A stretch of DNA of 63,561 nt, filler included. It is 6 parts of 6 records of this genome, joined end to end, with 100 filler letters (N's around TTAATTAATTAA, not from the genome) between each part and the next. Parts side by side here need not be neighbours in the genome. Positions count along the whole stretch, not along the records: positions 57,786 to 63,561 come from SRR20825019_1130; 5 more parts are not named here. The stretch is one strand, 5' to 3'. The notes under the pieces were generated by a model. The model was not told where the DNA came from. It was given only the letters and a program-made list of their open reading frames with translations, and did no database searches. Of the stretch, positions 62,414-63,561 are shown one piece after another; positions within the stretch are counted from its first letter, which is position 1; every line of letters begins with the position of its first letter. Position numbers and translations under genes: made by a program.

Positions 62414-63229
62414 ATGTCCACCGAACCGCAAGCGCCGATCCGCCGCATCACCGCGCCGCAGATCCGCGCCAAGAAGGGCGGCGAGCCGATCGTCTCGCTG
62501 ACCTCGTACCACGCGCATACGGCGGCGATCGTTGACAGATATGCCGACTTCATCCTGGTGGGCGACAGCCTGGGCATGGTCATGCACGGGATGGACTCGA
62601 CCGTGGGCGTCACGCTCGACATGATGATCGCCCATGGCAAGGCGGTGGTCCGGGGCACCAAGCGGGCGCTGGTCGTCGTGGACATGCCCTTCGGCACCTA
62701 CGAGGAATCGCCGGGCGTGGCCTTCCGCAACGCGGCCAAGGTCATGCAGGACACCCAGTGTCAGGCGGTGAAGCTGGAAGGCGGCGCCCGCATGGCCGAG
62801 ACGATCCGCTTCCTGGTGGATCGCGGCATCCCGGTGATGGCGCATATCGGCCTGACGCCGCAATCCACCAACGTCATGGGCGGCTTCAAGACCCAAGGGC
62901 GGGACGAGGCGACCTGGAAGCACCACATCGCCGATGCCATCGCCGTGGCCGAGGCGGGCGCCTTCGCCGTGGTGGTGGAAGGGGTCGTGGAGCCTCTGGC
63001 GCGCGAGATCACCCGGGCGGTGGACATCCCGACCATCGGCATCGGCGCCAGCGCCGATTGCGACGGGCAGATCCTGGTGCTGGAAGACATGCTGGGCCTG
63101 AACCCCAAGCCGCCGAAATTCGTCAAGGTCTACGGCGCCTTGGGCGGGATGATCGAGCAGGCGGTCAAGGATTACGCCGACGAGGTGAAATCCCGCGCCT
63201 TCCCGGGCACGGACCAGACCTATACCTGA
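62414..63229 (+). CDS. panB: 3-methyl-2-oxobutanoate hydroxymethyltransferase
   Basis: [38 protein letters not shown]. Confidence 0.97.
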   Translation: MSTEPQAPIRRITAPQIRAKKGGEPIVSLTSYHAHTAAIVDRYADFILVGDSLGMVMHGMDSTVGVTLDMMIAHGKAVVRGTKRALVVVDMPFGTYEESPGVAFRNAAKVMQDTQCQAVKLEGGARMAETIRFLVDRGIPVMAHIGLTPQSTNVMGGFKTQGRDEATWKHHIADAIAVAEAGAFAVVVEGVVEPLAREITRAVDIPTIGIGASADCDGQILVLEDMLGLNPKPPKFVKVYGALGGMIEQAVKDYADEVKSRAFPGTDQTYT

Positions 63230-63232
63230 GCC

Positions 63233-63561
63233 TCACCAATCCTCGGGCCGGTGGGCGTAGCCGATATAGAGCGGGTGCTTGGGGTGCCCGTCCTTGCTGA
63301 GGCCCAGATGGCTGAGCGGCTTGCCGGTGGCGCGCAAGACGGCCTCGACCGCGGCGCCCCGGTTCAGATGCGCGCCATGCGTGCCCCAGGCGCAGACCAC
63401 GGCATCGGCCCAGAGCGCGCTCTCGGCAATCGCCTGATCGTTGCCCGGCCCCACCGGATCGGCCTGCGCCCGCATCACCTTGGGATCGGTCGCGCGATAG
63501 GCGAAGATGTTGCACACCCGGAACGACCCGAAGCCCAAGGCCCGCGCCCGCCGCTCGCAGC
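63233..63561 (-). CDS. DUF1643-family protein, 3' part
   Basis: NIFAYRATDP, CAWG, GHPKHPLY motifs; truncated at window end. Confidence 0.85.
   Translation of the reverse strand, partial: CERRARALGFGSFRVCNIFAYRATDPKVMRAQADPVGPGNDQAIAESALWADAVVCAWGTHGAHLNRGAAVEAVLRATGKPLSHLGLSKDGHPKHPLYIGYAHRPEDW

Overview
The window is not one locus. It is six unrelated contigs joined by artificial 100-nt linkers (N44-TTAATTAATTAA-N44) at 21779-21878, 30438-30537, 41856-41955, 48154-48253 and 57686-57785. Four contigs are alphaproteobacterial. Contig 1 (1-21778): hut histidine-utilisation genes, znuB/znuA, a DUF1538-PII-CBS operon with a NreB-like MFS, CMD/ECF41 sigma, ChaN, cytochrome c2 and imelysin/DUF1513 iron genes. 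Contig 3 (30538-41855, Rhizobiales-like): a split phn cluster, bfd-bfr, and a ligase-associated exonuclease with ATP-dependent ligase. Contig 4 (41956-48153, Roseobacter-like): soxB, gdh and Tad pseudopilins. Contig 6 (57786-63561, Rhodobacteraceae-like): gentisate-type dioxygenase/NYN/FAH, GntR and panCB. Contigs 2 (21879-30437) and 5 (48254-57685) are from a microbial eukaryote with the standard code and short GT-AG introns, which I spliced by hand. The most interesting content is eukaryotic: (a) a >=2035-aa NLR/STAND-like protein with APH-type kinase-like + NACHT + pentapeptide + WD40 + ankyrin architecture, tail-to-tail with a secreted clostripain-type (clan CD) protease; (b) a >1400-aa secreted protein built of repeated Cys-bracketed modules; (c) extreme-GC islands upstream of genes in both contigs. 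Taxonomic labels and family names come from motif recognition only; no database search was run.
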